Shown here piece after piece: positions 24,623 through 33,131 of a stretch of DNA of 33,450 nt; position 1 is the first letter of the stretch; each line of letters opens with the position of its first letter. This DNA comes from a virus, in IMG/VR virus record IMGVR_UViG_3300046747_000461; one strand, given 5' to 3'. The notes under the pieces are model-generated. The model did no database searches. It saw only the letters and a list, made by a program, of their open reading frames with translations, and was not told the DNA's origin. Both the position numbers and the translations under genes were made by a program.

Positions 24623-25489
24623 ATGTCAGCTCAGTTGAAACCACGAGAAATCAGCACAGAAGAATTATTCACACAATTAGAAAAAAACAATTACAGAATA
24701 AATCCGGCATTCGTTGATATAACCGGTAGCCGATCATTTGGTTATTTACTCACCCAACTAGTTTTCCTTGATAGGCATTGGGGTAATGAAACATTCTACG
24801 TAAAAGATTCTGACTTAATGGAGAGGCATCGGTTTACTGAATGGGAGCTTTGCAATGGAAGAAGGGTGCTAATAAAACTCGGGGTCATTTCTACCCAAAA
24901 AAGAAGCGATGGGCAGCTCTCTTACAAAATAAATAAATCTAAAATTGTTCAGCTATCTCAGGAATCAGGCTGGGGATATCTTGTTGAACAAAGTGATATT
25001 TCTGGGGGTCCTGCCGAGGATTCCTCGGGAGGCCTGCCGAGGAATCCTCGACAGCTATATAAGGAAACAAACAATAAAATAAAAACAATAAAACTAAACA
25101 ATAATATTAGGGAAAAAATTTCTGTGGATAACTCAATTAAGCAAGTTGGTGAACTGTTTGATTTTGAAAAAGAGCAGGAGAAAAGGGCAATCAGCTACGA
25201 GCAAAATTTTGTTCTTTGCAAATTGCTATCCGACAAGGTTGAGAAGGATGTGGCCACAAGAATCGTTAGAGAATTTTCCATAGGAGAGATAAACGCAATC
25301 ATAGAAGGGCTGCAAAGAGAAATTGTAAGGGGAACATTGCGTAAAAATAATGCAGCATATCTGGTTGGTTCATTCAACATGCTCCGAAAAGCAAAATTAG
25401 CTGCCAAGGAAGCCATTAATCTCATTGGAAACAACCAAACCAGAGGCAGCAATGTAAAACCTCCAGAATCGAAACCATTTGCGTTTTAG
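24623..25489 (+). CDS. Putative replication initiator / replisome organiser (wHTH N-terminal domain)
   Basis: 288 aa, RBS AGGAGG. The N-terminal FGYLLTQLVFLDRHW...FTEWELCNGRRVLIKLGVIS is wHTH-like and paralogous in pattern to the 24013..24312 product. Preceded by a structured repeat-rich gap. Confidence 0.45.
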   Translation: MSAQLKPREISTEELFTQLEKNNYRINPAFVDITGSRSFGYLLTQLVFLDRHWGNETFYVKDSDLMERHRFTEWELCNGRRVLIKLGVISTQKRSDGQLSYKINKSKIVQLSQESGWGYLVEQSDISGGPAEDSSGGLPRNPRQLYKETNNKIKTIKLNNNIREKISVDNSIKQVGELFDFEKEQEKRAISYEQNFVLCKLLSDKVEKDVATRIVREFSIGEINAIIEGLQREIVRGTLRKNNAAYLVGSFNMLRKAKLAAKEAINLIGNNQTRGSNVKPPESKPFAF

Positions 25490-25580
25490 ACGTAAGCAAT
25501 CACTTACACGAGGAGGTGGCAATTGTTCATTGTAAGCGGGAGAGGGTGAACTAAGCTTAAATCATAGTTCTTGAATTTCT

Positions 25581-25859
25581 ATGACCCCTCTAAAAATATT
25601 CTTGACTTTGAGTAAAATCTCAAGGTACATTTGTGCCGTGAGTAAAAACTTAACCAAACTTCTGAAGAAACGCTACCGGATTGTTCTGGATGTCTCCCAT
25701 GACACCAAGACCCAGTTTCAAGCCGTTGCTGCACTTGAAGATAAGAAGATGACTGACATACTTCACAAATTTATAAAATCTTATGTGAATGCAAGAAAAG
25801 AAAAACTAGCCAGGTTAGCTTTCAAGCACAAACATAAGGGAGAGAGGGGTGAAAGATAA
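25581..25859 (+). CDS. Ribbon-helix-helix (ParG/CopG-like) protein; start uncertain
   Basis: KRYRIVLDVSHDTKTQFQAVAALEDKKMTDILHKFIKSYV fits the RHH pattern. No SD precedes ATG 25581. In-frame GTG at 25638 is an alternative start if the internal promoter is real. Confidence 0.5.
   Translation: MTPLKIFLTLSKISRYICAVSKNLTKLLKKRYRIVLDVSHDTKTQFQAVAALEDKKMTDILHKFIKSYVNARKEKLARLAFKHKHKGERGER
25602..25631 (+). promoter_or_regulatory. Candidate promoter with overlapping inverted-repeat operator
   Basis: TTGACT (25602..25607), 18-nt spacer, TACATT (25626..25631). The spacer contains TTGAG-TAAAAT-CTCAA (25608..25623). TGAGTAAAA recurs at 25639. Confidence 0.35.
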
Positions 25860-26187
25860 AACACGCAAAGATTGTTCGTGCGAAACAATATTTACTATCG
25901 TAAGAGCCTTGTATAGGGAATTCACTAAGCAGGCACAAACGTTTGATATAACATACTCAAACCTGCTCCATATCCTGAATGCTTTCAACTGCCAAATACT
26001 ACATCCAGTTTATGAACACAGACTAAAAGACGGAGAGCATCCTAAAATAGTAAAACGCCATATTGAAATATTTACTAACACTCTTAACGAAAACTTAAAC
26101 ACAATGATTGATATGATGCTTGCTGGGAACAAAGAAATAGCAATGACGATACAATATGATGATACAGACCCAAAGGGGGCGGCTTGA
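25849..26187 (+). CDS. Hypothetical early protein
   Basis: 112 aa, GTG start overlapping the previous gene's end. Confidence 0.5.
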   Translation: MKDKTRKDCSCETIFTIVRALYREFTKQAQTFDITYSNLLHILNAFNCQILHPVYEHRLKDGEHPKIVKRHIEIFTNTLNENLNTMIDMMLAGNKEIAMTIQYDDTDPKGAA

Positions 26188-26223
26188 AAAAGCAAAGCGA
26201 AAAATTAACAGAGGTGATCTACA

Positions 26224-26538
26224 ATGGAAAGTACTAATGAACAACCAATATTGTCAAAAAAACAAAAGGCTGAAATACTTACAGTATTAAGTTCACAATT
26301 ATTAGAAATGTTACCGGGAGACAATGTATATTCAGAATCTTGCAAAGAGGTTCTTATAGGATTTTGTGTTGTCTTCCTTGGTTCTTTCATTATTACGCAA
26401 GTTGAAAATGAACAAAAATCTATGGGTGCTGCCATAAACGAAATAGAGCATTTTAGTGTAAATCTTAAGCATAGATTCATTAATATGTTGTATAGATCAC
26501 TAGAAAAGGTTACAGAGCCGGAGGATTCAAATGAATAA
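26224..26538 (+). CDS. Hypothetical early protein with one hydrophobic helix
   Basis: 104 aa, RBS GAGGTG, LIGFCVVFLGSFIITQV. Its last codons plus 3' flank form copy 1 of a 25-bp direct repeat. Confidence 0.55.
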   Translation: MESTNEQPILSKKQKAEILTVLSSQLLEMLPGDNVYSESCKEVLIGFCVVFLGSFIITQVENEQKSMGAAINEIEHFSVNLKHRFINMLYRSLEKVTEPEDSNE

Positions 26539-26551
26539 AACTTCTGAGTAC
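26527..26551. repeat. 25-bp perfect direct repeat, copy 1
   Basis: tcaaatgaataaaacttctgagtac, identical to 26966..26990. Confidence 0.9.
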
Positions 26552-26557
26552 GTTTAA

Positions 26558-26977
26558 ATGAACTTAACACCACAACACGTTGCCATGGCTAAAGCAAAAA
26601 ATAAAATATATCGCCTGTATGACGGAGATTGTCTTCATCTGGAAATCACACCAGCTTCTGGGAAATTATGGAGATATAAATATAAATTTAATGGTAAGGA
26701 CCAAAAATTATCTCTCGGTTGTTATCCAGAAATAGGATTATATGAAGCCAGAGAGCGTCGAGACCGTTTGAAGAAATTAGTTAAGAGTGGTATAAATCCA
26801 AGCATCGAGAGAAAAAAAGATAAACTAAATATAAAAAAATCAACCGAAAAGGATACGTTACTTATAACCATTTTAAAAGAATTAAAAAAAATATATCCAA
26901 TAGTTCAAGATGTTGATAAAAGGTTATTTAACATAGAAAAAATAATTTTAGATATAAAGATGGGATCAAATGAATAA
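26558..26977 (+). pseudogene. Truncated P4-type tyrosine integrase: arm-type DNA-binding domain only
   Basis: 139-aa ORF. The N-terminal ~85 aa (KIYRLYDGDCLHLEITPASGKLWRYKYKFNGKDQKLSLGCYPEIGLYEARERRDRLKKLVKSGINP) matches the DUF4102/arm-binding domain pattern of P4-like integrases. No catalytic domain, an AT-rich low-complexity tail and no SD. Confidence 0.7.
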
Positions 26978-26990
26978 AACTTCTGAGTAC
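26966..26990. repeat. 25-bp perfect direct repeat, copy 2
   Basis: Identical to 26527..26551. Both copies supply the terminal SNE-stop codons of the ORF ending in them. Confidence 0.9.
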
Positions 26991-27025
26991 ATTCATTATC
27001 AGAAACGTTATATTTAAGGAAATTT

Positions 27026-27280
27026 ATGGCTATTAATGACTTTGCTGATTTACCAGAAACTGAAAAACTACAAGAAATTTATCTTCTGGCTCAAACGTAT
27101 ATTATTAATAAATTAAACGATCTCTTTGAGCATGAACCTCCAGGCCGTGCATTTAGAACCTACGTCGAGGATATTCTCGATAAATTAATGTATATCTGTG
27201 ACTTTCTCGGGCAAGATATAAACCATGTGATAATGGTTGAAGAAATCCTAGACTATCTAGAGGAGGAAGACGAAAAATGA
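27026..27280 (+). CDS. Small highly acidic protein
   Basis: 84 aa, RBS AAGGAA, many Asp/Glu (ends YLEEEDEK). Confidence 0.6.
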   Translation: MAINDFADLPETEKLQEIYLLAQTYIINKLNDLFEHEPPGRAFRTYVEDILDKLMYICDFLGQDINHVIMVEEILDYLEEEDEK

Positions 27281-27576
27281 GTTTTACTAGTTTGACCCCG
27301 GAACAACAAAAACAAATCGCCCAATGTCTAGGAGACCTCGGAAAGGTAATGGAGAGCTATTACCTGAATGGCCTCTCCTCCCCTAACCAGATTGCCTTTG
27401 TATCCCAACAGTTTCTGTCCCAGATTATTATTACCTTAGCTACCAAGGTGTGCGCCAAGGACAAAGCCAAAGATTTTATAAAAGATTACCTAGAGAACCT
27501 TCAAATGAGTTTGTTCTTGGATTACGAGCAGATAACGGGTATAGATCTGCATGATCGCTTGATCATAGTTGACTAA
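27277..27576 (+). CDS. Hypothetical early protein
   Basis: 99 aa, ATGA-coupled start. Confidence 0.55.
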   Translation: MSFTSLTPEQQKQIAQCLGDLGKVMESYYLNGLSSPNQIAFVSQQFLSQIIITLATKVCAKDKAKDFIKDYLENLQMSLFLDYEQITGIDLHDRLIIVD

Positions 27577-27622
27577 CTGTTATTTGTCTACATAAAGTTA
27601 AATAAATAATTGGGAGTTAGTT

Positions 27623-27898
27623 ATGGATAATGTTTGCATTGCTTGTCACGGTGCCAAGAAGGTGCGCAATATTGGAAACATGGTTGATATCGATTGCGTC
27701 TACTGCGAAGGCAAAGGCTACACAGACGAAGAAGACATCCTGGATTTAGAAAATGAACCCCTACCAAAACAGATCGAGGAGATAGATGATGATCCCCTCC
27801 CCTTGCCTGCTCAACCAAAACCAGAACCCCAACTAGCCGTTAAACTTAAAAAAGGATTTTTAAGTAAAAATGAAAAAGGAAAAGGAAAGTCAAAGTAA
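27623..27898 (+). CDS. DnaJ-type zinc-finger mini-protein with acidic/Pro-rich tail
   Basis: 91 aa, RBS GGGAG. CIACHGAK and CVYCEGKG (CxxCxGxG-type pair). Confidence 0.6.
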   Translation: MDNVCIACHGAKKVRNIGNMVDIDCVYCEGKGYTDEEDILDLENEPLPKQIEEIDDDPLPLPAQPKPEPQLAVKLKKGFLSKNEKGKGKSK

Positions 27899-28304
27899 GA
27901 ATCCAGTAGGAAGGCCCACCAGCTATTCTATTGAGCTTGGACAAAGAATCTGCCATGAAATTTCGACTACCGCAGATGCTCTATCTATTATTTGTGCGAG
28001 ACATGCTGACTTTCCAGTGCGCTCAACAGTTTATGAATGGAAAAAGAATTTTCCAGAATTCTCAGACATGTACGATAATGCTAAACGGCACCAGTCAGAT
28101 ATTTTAGCCGAAGAAATATTAGAAATTTGCGACACACCAATGGAAACTGCAGAGCAAATTCAACAAGCACGATTGCGTATTGATACGCGCAAATGGATAG
28201 CTTGTAAACTACTTCCAAGGACATATGGAGACAAAGCACAACATGATGTTAATGTTATAAGTCATGAACAGGCATTGCAATTTCTAGCAGATAATGACAC
28301 CTAA
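27870..28304 (+). CDS. terS: Terminase small subunit
   Basis: 144 aa. GRPTSYSIELGQRICHEIS...STVYEWKKNFPEFSDMYDNAKRHQSDILAEEILEICD...RLRIDTRKWIACKLLPRTYGDK matches the common HTH-type TerS family pattern. Confidence 0.8.
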   Translation: MKKEKESQSKNPVGRPTSYSIELGQRICHEISTTADALSIICARHADFPVRSTVYEWKKNFPEFSDMYDNAKRHQSDILAEEILEICDTPMETAEQIQQARLRIDTRKWIACKLLPRTYGDKAQHDVNVISHEQALQFLADNDT

Positions 28305-29853
28305 AGAAATAGCAGCTAGAAAAAAATTAAAATCTGATTTTGAATATTACGCTTCCAAGTGTCTAAAGATAAGAACAAAGACAGGCGAAGTGAAACCATT
28401 TGTTTTAAACAAAGCTCAACGTTTTATTCATGAAAAATTAGAAGAACAAAAAGCATTAAACGGAAAGGTAAGAGCGCTGATTTTGAAAGGGCGTCAGCAA
28501 GGATGCTCATCTTACGTGGGTGGAAGGTTTTATCACCAAACCACACACAACAGAGGGACCCAATGCTTCATCCTAACCCATGCCCTAGATGCCACCAACA
28601 ACCTATTTAAGATGGCGCAGCGCTTTTATACCAATACACCAAAACTGGTACAGCCAGAAGTCTCCTCCAACAACTCTAAAGAACTTATCTTTGGAGGCTT
28701 AGACTCAGGCTACAAGATAGGAACCGCAGAAACCAAATCCGTGGGGCGCTCAAGTACAATACAACTGTTCCATGGAAGTGAACTAGCTTTCTGGTCTAAT
28801 GCCTCAGAGCACGCCAAAGGTATCCTCCAAGCCGTCCCCGATGTCAAAGGAACAGAAATTATCCTAGAATCCACCGCCAATGGAGTAGGAAACTATTTCC
28901 ACCAAATGTGGCAAAAGGCAGAATCCAATCAATCTGACTTCATGGCTGTATTCGTCCCCTGGTTCTGGCAAGAAGAATATACCCGAACCATCCCAGAAGG
29001 GTTCCAGTTGTCACACGTGGAACATCATTTAAAAGAAATCTACGGCCTAACAGACGGCCAATTGGCCTGGCGCCGATACAAGATAGTGGACCTCTCTGTA
29101 AACGGCCAGGATGGTGAAAAATCCTTCATGCAGGAATACCCCTGCAATGCCAATGAGGCATTTCAGCTAACTGGCGAAAACACATTCATAGACTCTGCTA
29201 TAGTTATGAGAGCGAGAAAAGGAGTCGCGGAACGTTATGGACCTCTACTTATCGGTGTTGATCCTGCTCGTTTTGGGGACGATAGGACCTCTATTATATT
29301 TAGGCAAGGACGAGTAGCTTTCGGGCTACAAAGCTTTACTAAAAAGGACACTATGGAAGTGACAGGGATTGTGCACTCTCTAATTGAGCAGCATCGGCCA
29401 GAAAAGGTATTCGTGGATATCGGAGGCTTAGGTGCTGGTGTGGTCGATAGGCTAAATGAACTTGGCCATCGAGACATTGTCGTTGCGGTAAATGCAGGCG
29501 CTAAACCCCTAGATGAAAAGCGTTATAGCAACAAGCGGGCCGAGATGTGGGACCTTTGCGCTAAATGGCTACAAGATATCCCCATTCAAATCCCAGATAC
29601 AGATACCCTGCATGCCGACCTTTGCGGCATTCGCTATAGCTTCGATTCTAATTCTAGATTAGTCATGGAAAAAAAAGAAGACATGAAGAAGCGCGGTGTG
29701 CGCTCTCCAGATGAATCGGATTCCTTGTGTTTAACATTTGCACTTCCTCCCTCTGCTTACAAAAAAGAAGAAAAAGAAACCAAGGAAGTTATTAAGGGAC
29801 TCGCACAAAGCTTTAACCAGAAAATGCTAGCAATGCAAAAATCAAGGAAATGA
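28294..29853 (+). CDS. terL: Terminase large subunit
   Basis: 519 aa. Walker-A-like LILKGRQQGCSS, a C-terminal nuclease-like region, and flanked by terS and the portal gene. Confidence 0.88.
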   Translation: MTPKEIAARKKLKSDFEYYASKCLKIRTKTGEVKPFVLNKAQRFIHEKLEEQKALNGKVRALILKGRQQGCSSYVGGRFYHQTTHNRGTQCFILTHALDATNNLFKMAQRFYTNTPKLVQPEVSSNNSKELIFGGLDSGYKIGTAETKSVGRSSTIQLFHGSELAFWSNASEHAKGILQAVPDVKGTEIILESTANGVGNYFHQMWQKAESNQSDFMAVFVPWFWQEEYTRTIPEGFQLSHVEHHLKEIYGLTDGQLAWRRYKIVDLSVNGQDGEKSFMQEYPCNANEAFQLTGENTFIDSAIVMRARKGVAERYGPLLIGVDPARFGDDRTSIIFRQGRVAFGLQSFTKKDTMEVTGIVHSLIEQHRPEKVFVDIGGLGAGVVDRLNELGHRDIVVAVNAGAKPLDEKRYSNKRAEMWDLCAKWLQDIPIQIPDTDTLHADLCGIRYSFDSNSRLVMEKKEDMKKRGVRSPDESDSLCLTFALPPSAYKKEEKETKEVIKGLAQSFNQKMLAMQKSRK

Positions 29854-29854
29854 T

Positions 29855-31969
29855 ATGCCAATTGCAAAGAAATATGCTACACGATTAGATGAGATTAAAG
29901 ACAACATTCGAGCCTCACATAATTATTTCGAAAATAACTTTAATCGTTATCATGAGTTTCTGAAGTTTGTATTCAAAACATCGCTTGGCGCAGACGATGA
30001 AACAAAATTAAATATCTTACAAAAACCCATCGTTGAATTTAACATCCTAGAAGCTATGATATCTCGACTTCGGGGCGAGTTCATTAAACAAGAGCCTATG
30101 ATTACCGCAAGGGCCGCAGAAGGAATACGAGTTGAAGACCTTACTGACGATTTCCTAGATACCCTGGAGGTCATAGAGGGACACTTACGGGAAATCTTCT
30201 TCGATGCTTCTAACGATGCCTTAGCTTATAACGTTTATTCAGACTTACTGGCCGGCGGGTTCTCAGTCGTCCATGTGTTTACAGACTATATAAACTCCAT
30301 GTCTTTTGAGCAGAACATCCGGGTAGAGCGCGTATTCGACCCTACTCTTACCGGCTTTGACCCTCTTGCCAGAGACTCTCATAAAGGCGACGGAAGCTAC
30401 TGTTTCCAGCTTTATCCTAAAACGCGCGAAGAGTTTGAGAAGGAGTTTGGCGATGACTCTACTCGCAACATGCGATTCGTCCGCAATAGCCAAATGGGTA
30501 ATTTCAATTGGAGCTATATCTCTCAAGACCAGGAAATTGTTTTATTAGCGGAATACTTTGCTAAAAGGAAAAAGAAAGAGCGCATTGTTAAGCTCTCCAA
30601 TGGCCATACCATTATAAAGAAACACTATGAAGAATTCATGGAAATGTGGAAAGAAGAAGGTTTCATAGAGCAAGCACCGATTGTTATTTCAGAAAGAGAA
30701 ACCGTTATCGAAGTTATAGAGCGATATTTGGTTTGTGAAGACAAGGTACTTACACGAGAGGTAACCTCTTATCGCTATTTACCGCTTGTATTCGTTGATG
30801 GAAATAGTGTTGTCATCAGACAAAGCGAGAATGGTGCCTCAGAACAAATGACGCGACCTTTTGTTTATCATGCCAAAGGTATACAACAATTAAAGAACTT
30901 TTCAGGTCAAACCGTCGCCGCTGAAATCGAGAATATGGTTCAGCATAAGTTTATTGTATCTGTAGAATCAATCCCAGAAGGTTATGAGGATGCGTACAAA
31001 AACGTACAACAAGCATCGACATTGGCTTACAACGCTTTCTATAAAGATAATCCAGATGTTCCCTTACAACCGCCAAGAGAAGTACAAAGGACCCCTACCC
31101 CGCCTATTGTTGAAAACACCTTCATGGGAACCGATAGAGTCACCCAAACAATACTAGGCAGCTATGATGGCATCCTTGGAATCAGTGATAAACAAATATC
31201 AGGGGTCGCGATTCAACAAGGTGCTATGCAGTCTAACGCAGCTGCTATCCCCTATTTAAAGGGGTATATAAAGGGGTTGAACCGCATAGCGCAGATCATT
31301 ATAGACTTAATTCCAAAATATTATGTAACCCCAAGAAGCCTTCCAGTAATGAAGTCGGATGGAAAACGCTCCTATCAGATAATCAATCACCCAACAGATC
31401 CCACGAGCTTGGATTTAAGTTACAATCCTGATAGCTTACAGATCAAGGTAGAGGCTGGTGTAAGCTCTGGCGTTCAGAAACAAGTGGCCCTAGACCAAAT
31501 TATACGTATGATGCAATCAAGCGAAATATTTGCTCAGTTCATTAATACCCAAGGCCTGGAGATAATCCTCGATAACCTAGATATCCGTGGCATTGAGAGT
31601 ATGAAAGCCCAAGCCGTCAAATTTATGAAGCAACAACAAGAGGCACAGGCCAAGGCTGCTGAGCAAGGGGACCCCATGCAAAAGATGGCCGAAGAGCAAA
31701 TGAAGACTTTACAGGAAATTGAGATGGCTAAAGTAGAGCAGGCGGCTAGCAAGGCAGAGGGCGACCACGCTATTCAAGCTGCTAAGGTTGCTAATGAGAA
31801 ACAGCTTACAGATATTAAGTACATGGAAACCATGGCTAAGATTCAGGATATGGCTAGCAAGCAAGACATTGAAGAAGCTAAGCTTGATAGCGAGAATGCT
31901 AGAACAGCAGTCGAAGCTGCGTTAAACGTTGCTAAACATCATATAGAGCAAGCGAGACCATTTGAATGA
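29855..31969 (+). CDS. Portal protein
   Basis: 704 aa, immediately after terL. Long helical Ala/Gln/Glu/Lys-rich C-terminal extension. Confidence 0.82.
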   Translation: MPIAKKYATRLDEIKDNIRASHNYFENNFNRYHEFLKFVFKTSLGADDETKLNILQKPIVEFNILEAMISRLRGEFIKQEPMITARAAEGIRVEDLTDDFLDTLEVIEGHLREIFFDASNDALAYNVYSDLLAGGFSVVHVFTDYINSMSFEQNIRVERVFDPTLTGFDPLARDSHKGDGSYCFQLYPKTREEFEKEFGDDSTRNMRFVRNSQMGNFNWSYISQDQEIVLLAEYFAKRKKKERIVKLSNGHTIIKKHYEEFMEMWKEEGFIEQAPIVISERETVIEVIERYLVCEDKVLTREVTSYRYLPLVFVDGNSVVIRQSENGASEQMTRPFVYHAKGIQQLKNFSGQTVAAEIENMVQHKFIVSVESIPEGYEDAYKNVQQASTLAYNAFYKDNPDVPLQPPREVQRTPTPPIVENTFMGTDRVTQTILGSYDGILGISDKQISGVAIQQGAMQSNAAAIPYLKGYIKGLNRIAQIIIDLIPKYYVTPRSLPVMKSDGKRSYQIINHPTDPTSLDLSYNPDSLQIKVEAGVSSGVQKQVALDQIIRMMQSSEIFAQFINTQGLEIILDNLDIRGIESMKAQAVKFMKQQQEAQAKAAEQGDPMQKMAEEQMKTLQEIEMAKVEQAASKAEGDHAIQAAKVANEKQLTDIKYMETMAKIQDMASKQDIEEAKLDSENARTAVEAALNVAKHHIEQARPFE

Positions 31970-32184
31970 GCTTTGATGAAACAAAAATTAAAATGAATAT
32001 ATTCTCAATAGGATTAGGAAATGAGAAGTTTTATTGCAATTTAAGAAGTGGTGAATTCCAAAAGGAATTTGAATTTAAAAATGATTCTTGTTTTATTGAT
32101 TTTCTTTTAACAGTCGAAAGAAAAATCCGAGAGCTCAAGGAGGAGCACGAAAATGGCGAAACTAACGACGAAACAACGCAATAA
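31966..32184 (+). CDS. Hypothetical protein
   Basis: 72 aa, ATGA-coupled to the portal gene. Confidence 0.5.
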   Translation: MSFDETKIKMNIFSIGLGNEKFYCNLRSGEFQKEFEFKNDSCFIDFLLTVERKIRELKEEHENGETNDETTQ

Positions 32185-32407
32185 ATTGCCTAAGTCTGAA
32201 TTTGGAATGCCTGGTGAAAGAAAGTACCCCATAAATAATCCGGCTCATGCAAAAAACGCGAAAAGTAGAGCCTCCCAGATGGAGAAGGCAGGAAAGCTAT
32301 CTGAAAGTGCTAAGGCTAAGATAGATGCTAAGGCCAATAAGATGCTTCATGCTAAGAAAAAGAAAGTAGCTAAGCCTAAGTCTAAGGGTAAGACTGTTAC
32401 TGGTTAG
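32153..32407 (+). CDS. Small Lys-rich head-module protein (LP.SEF...RKYPI...H..NA motif)
   Basis: 84 aa, RBS AGGAGG. This motif occurs in a widespread small phage protein family found near head genes (from memory). Confidence 0.55.
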   Translation: MAKLTTKQRNKLPKSEFGMPGERKYPINNPAHAKNAKSRASQMEKAGKLSESAKAKIDAKANKMLHAKKKKVAKPKSKGKTVTG

Positions 32408-32408
32408 A

Positions 32409-32484
32409 TGGCTCCCCGAGACGGGCTCGAACCGCCGACCCAGTGATTAACAGTCACTTATTCTTCCAACTGAACTATCGGGGA
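32409..32484 (-). tRNA. tRNA-Asn (anticodon GUU) with encoded CCA
   Basis: Reverse complement TCCCCGA-TA-GTTC-AGTTGGAA-GAAT-A-AGTGA-CTGTTAA-TCACT-GGGTC-GGCGG-TTCGAGC-CCGTC-TCGGGGA-G-CCA. 76 nt with a 7-bp acceptor stem, anticodon loop CT-GTT-AA and a TTCGAGC T-loop. Confidence 0.92.
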
Positions 32485-32493
32485 TCTATTTTT

Positions 32494-32826
32494 TCAATAA
32501 CCTTCTGTTTGTTTATTTTTTAAGCTATCTACATTCGCTTCTAAAGTCTGGATTAACTTATCATATCTTCTAGCATCAATATAATGTTGAATCGTTGGAA
32601 TAATTGTAGTGGTAAAAATAGCTCCTCCTATAATAATCACAACCATAAATCTTGCATTAATTTGAGCCATCATTTTATCTTGCATTAACTGCATTTCTGG
32701 CCTTAATACTATTTCTTTATCTAATTCTGCAGCCAGTGCCAGTGATTCAGCTTGCAGGGTTGCCTGTTGCTCTGTAAAACCCGCTGCTAGATATTTTTTG
32801 TATTCAATTAATGTATCAATTCTCAT
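32494..32826 (-). CDS. Small membrane protein, DUF1640-like family paralog F
   Basis: 110 aa. IDTLIEYKKYLAAGFTEQQA. TM helix FMVVIIIGGAIFTTTIIP followed by a coiled-coil tail. RBS AGGAG. Its stop is 9 nt upstream of the tRNA 5' end on the same strand. Confidence 0.75.
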   Translation of the reverse strand: MRIDTLIEYKKYLAAGFTEQQATLQAESLALAAELDKEIVLRPEMQLMQDKMMAQINARFMVVIIIGGAIFTTTIIPTIQHYIDARRYDKLIQTLEANVDSLKNKQTEGY

Positions 32827-32853
32827 GTATTTACTCCTATCTATCCTGAGAAC

Positions 32854-32912
32854 ATTTTACCACTTTTCTTAAATTGGTAACAAATTGGTAGATGTGTTGA
32901 TATACAACCAAT
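32854..32912 (-). promoter_or_regulatory. Promoter of paralog F with repeated AAATTGGTA operator-like sites
   Basis: Minus strand: TTGTTA (32883..32878), 18-nt spacer, TAAAAT (32859..32854). + strand: AAATTGGTA at 32871..32879 and 32882..32890 (11-bp phasing), with an inverted ACCAAT at 32907..32912. Confidence 0.45.
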
Positions 32913-32951
32913 CACTAGTTTATAAATGAACTTGTGTTTAATTATAGGTCT

Positions 32952-33131
32952 TTATTTTAAATTAGTTACCCATTCCTCAATCTCTTTCCTTTTGTACATC
33001 GGACGTTTCCCATTTAATATTGCTGCCTTAGGAAAATCAGGCAACTTATTTATTTCATAGAATTTAGTAGGTCCAACACCTAAAATTTCCTGTACTTGTT
33101 TTGGATAAATTAATAGCGATTCATCACTCAT
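32952..33131 (-). CDS. AlpA/excisionase-like HTH protein
   Basis: 59 aa from ATG 33131, preceded by GGGAG. LIYPKQVQEILGVGPTKFYEINKLPDFPKAAILNGKRPMYKRKEIEEWV matches the AlpA/Xis MerR-like HTH pattern. Confidence 0.7.
   Translation of the reverse strand: MSDESLLIYPKQVQEILGVGPTKFYEINKLPDFPKAAILNGKRPMYKRKEIEEWVTNLK

Noticed and set aside
25510-25555. Strong Shine-Dalgarno-like GAGGAGGTG in the 25490..25580 gap
   Set aside because: Only a 12-codon frame (GTG at 25516) follows, and its start overlaps the SD itself. This is probably fortuitous or part of a structured leader (hairpin GTAAG/CTTAC at 25492..25507).
26205-26573. 122-aa minus-strand ORF overlapping 26224..26538
   Set aside because: The + strand ORF has a good RBS (GAGGTG) and fits the co-directional early operon. 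The minus ORF has no RBS and would run against the whole block.
32409-32484. tRNA interpreted simply as the attP core of an integrating phage
   Set aside because: The tRNA is full-length with an intact 5' half and CCA, whereas attP sites normally carry only the 3' portion. No intact integrase is adjacent. The idea is kept only as a historical-capture hypothesis.
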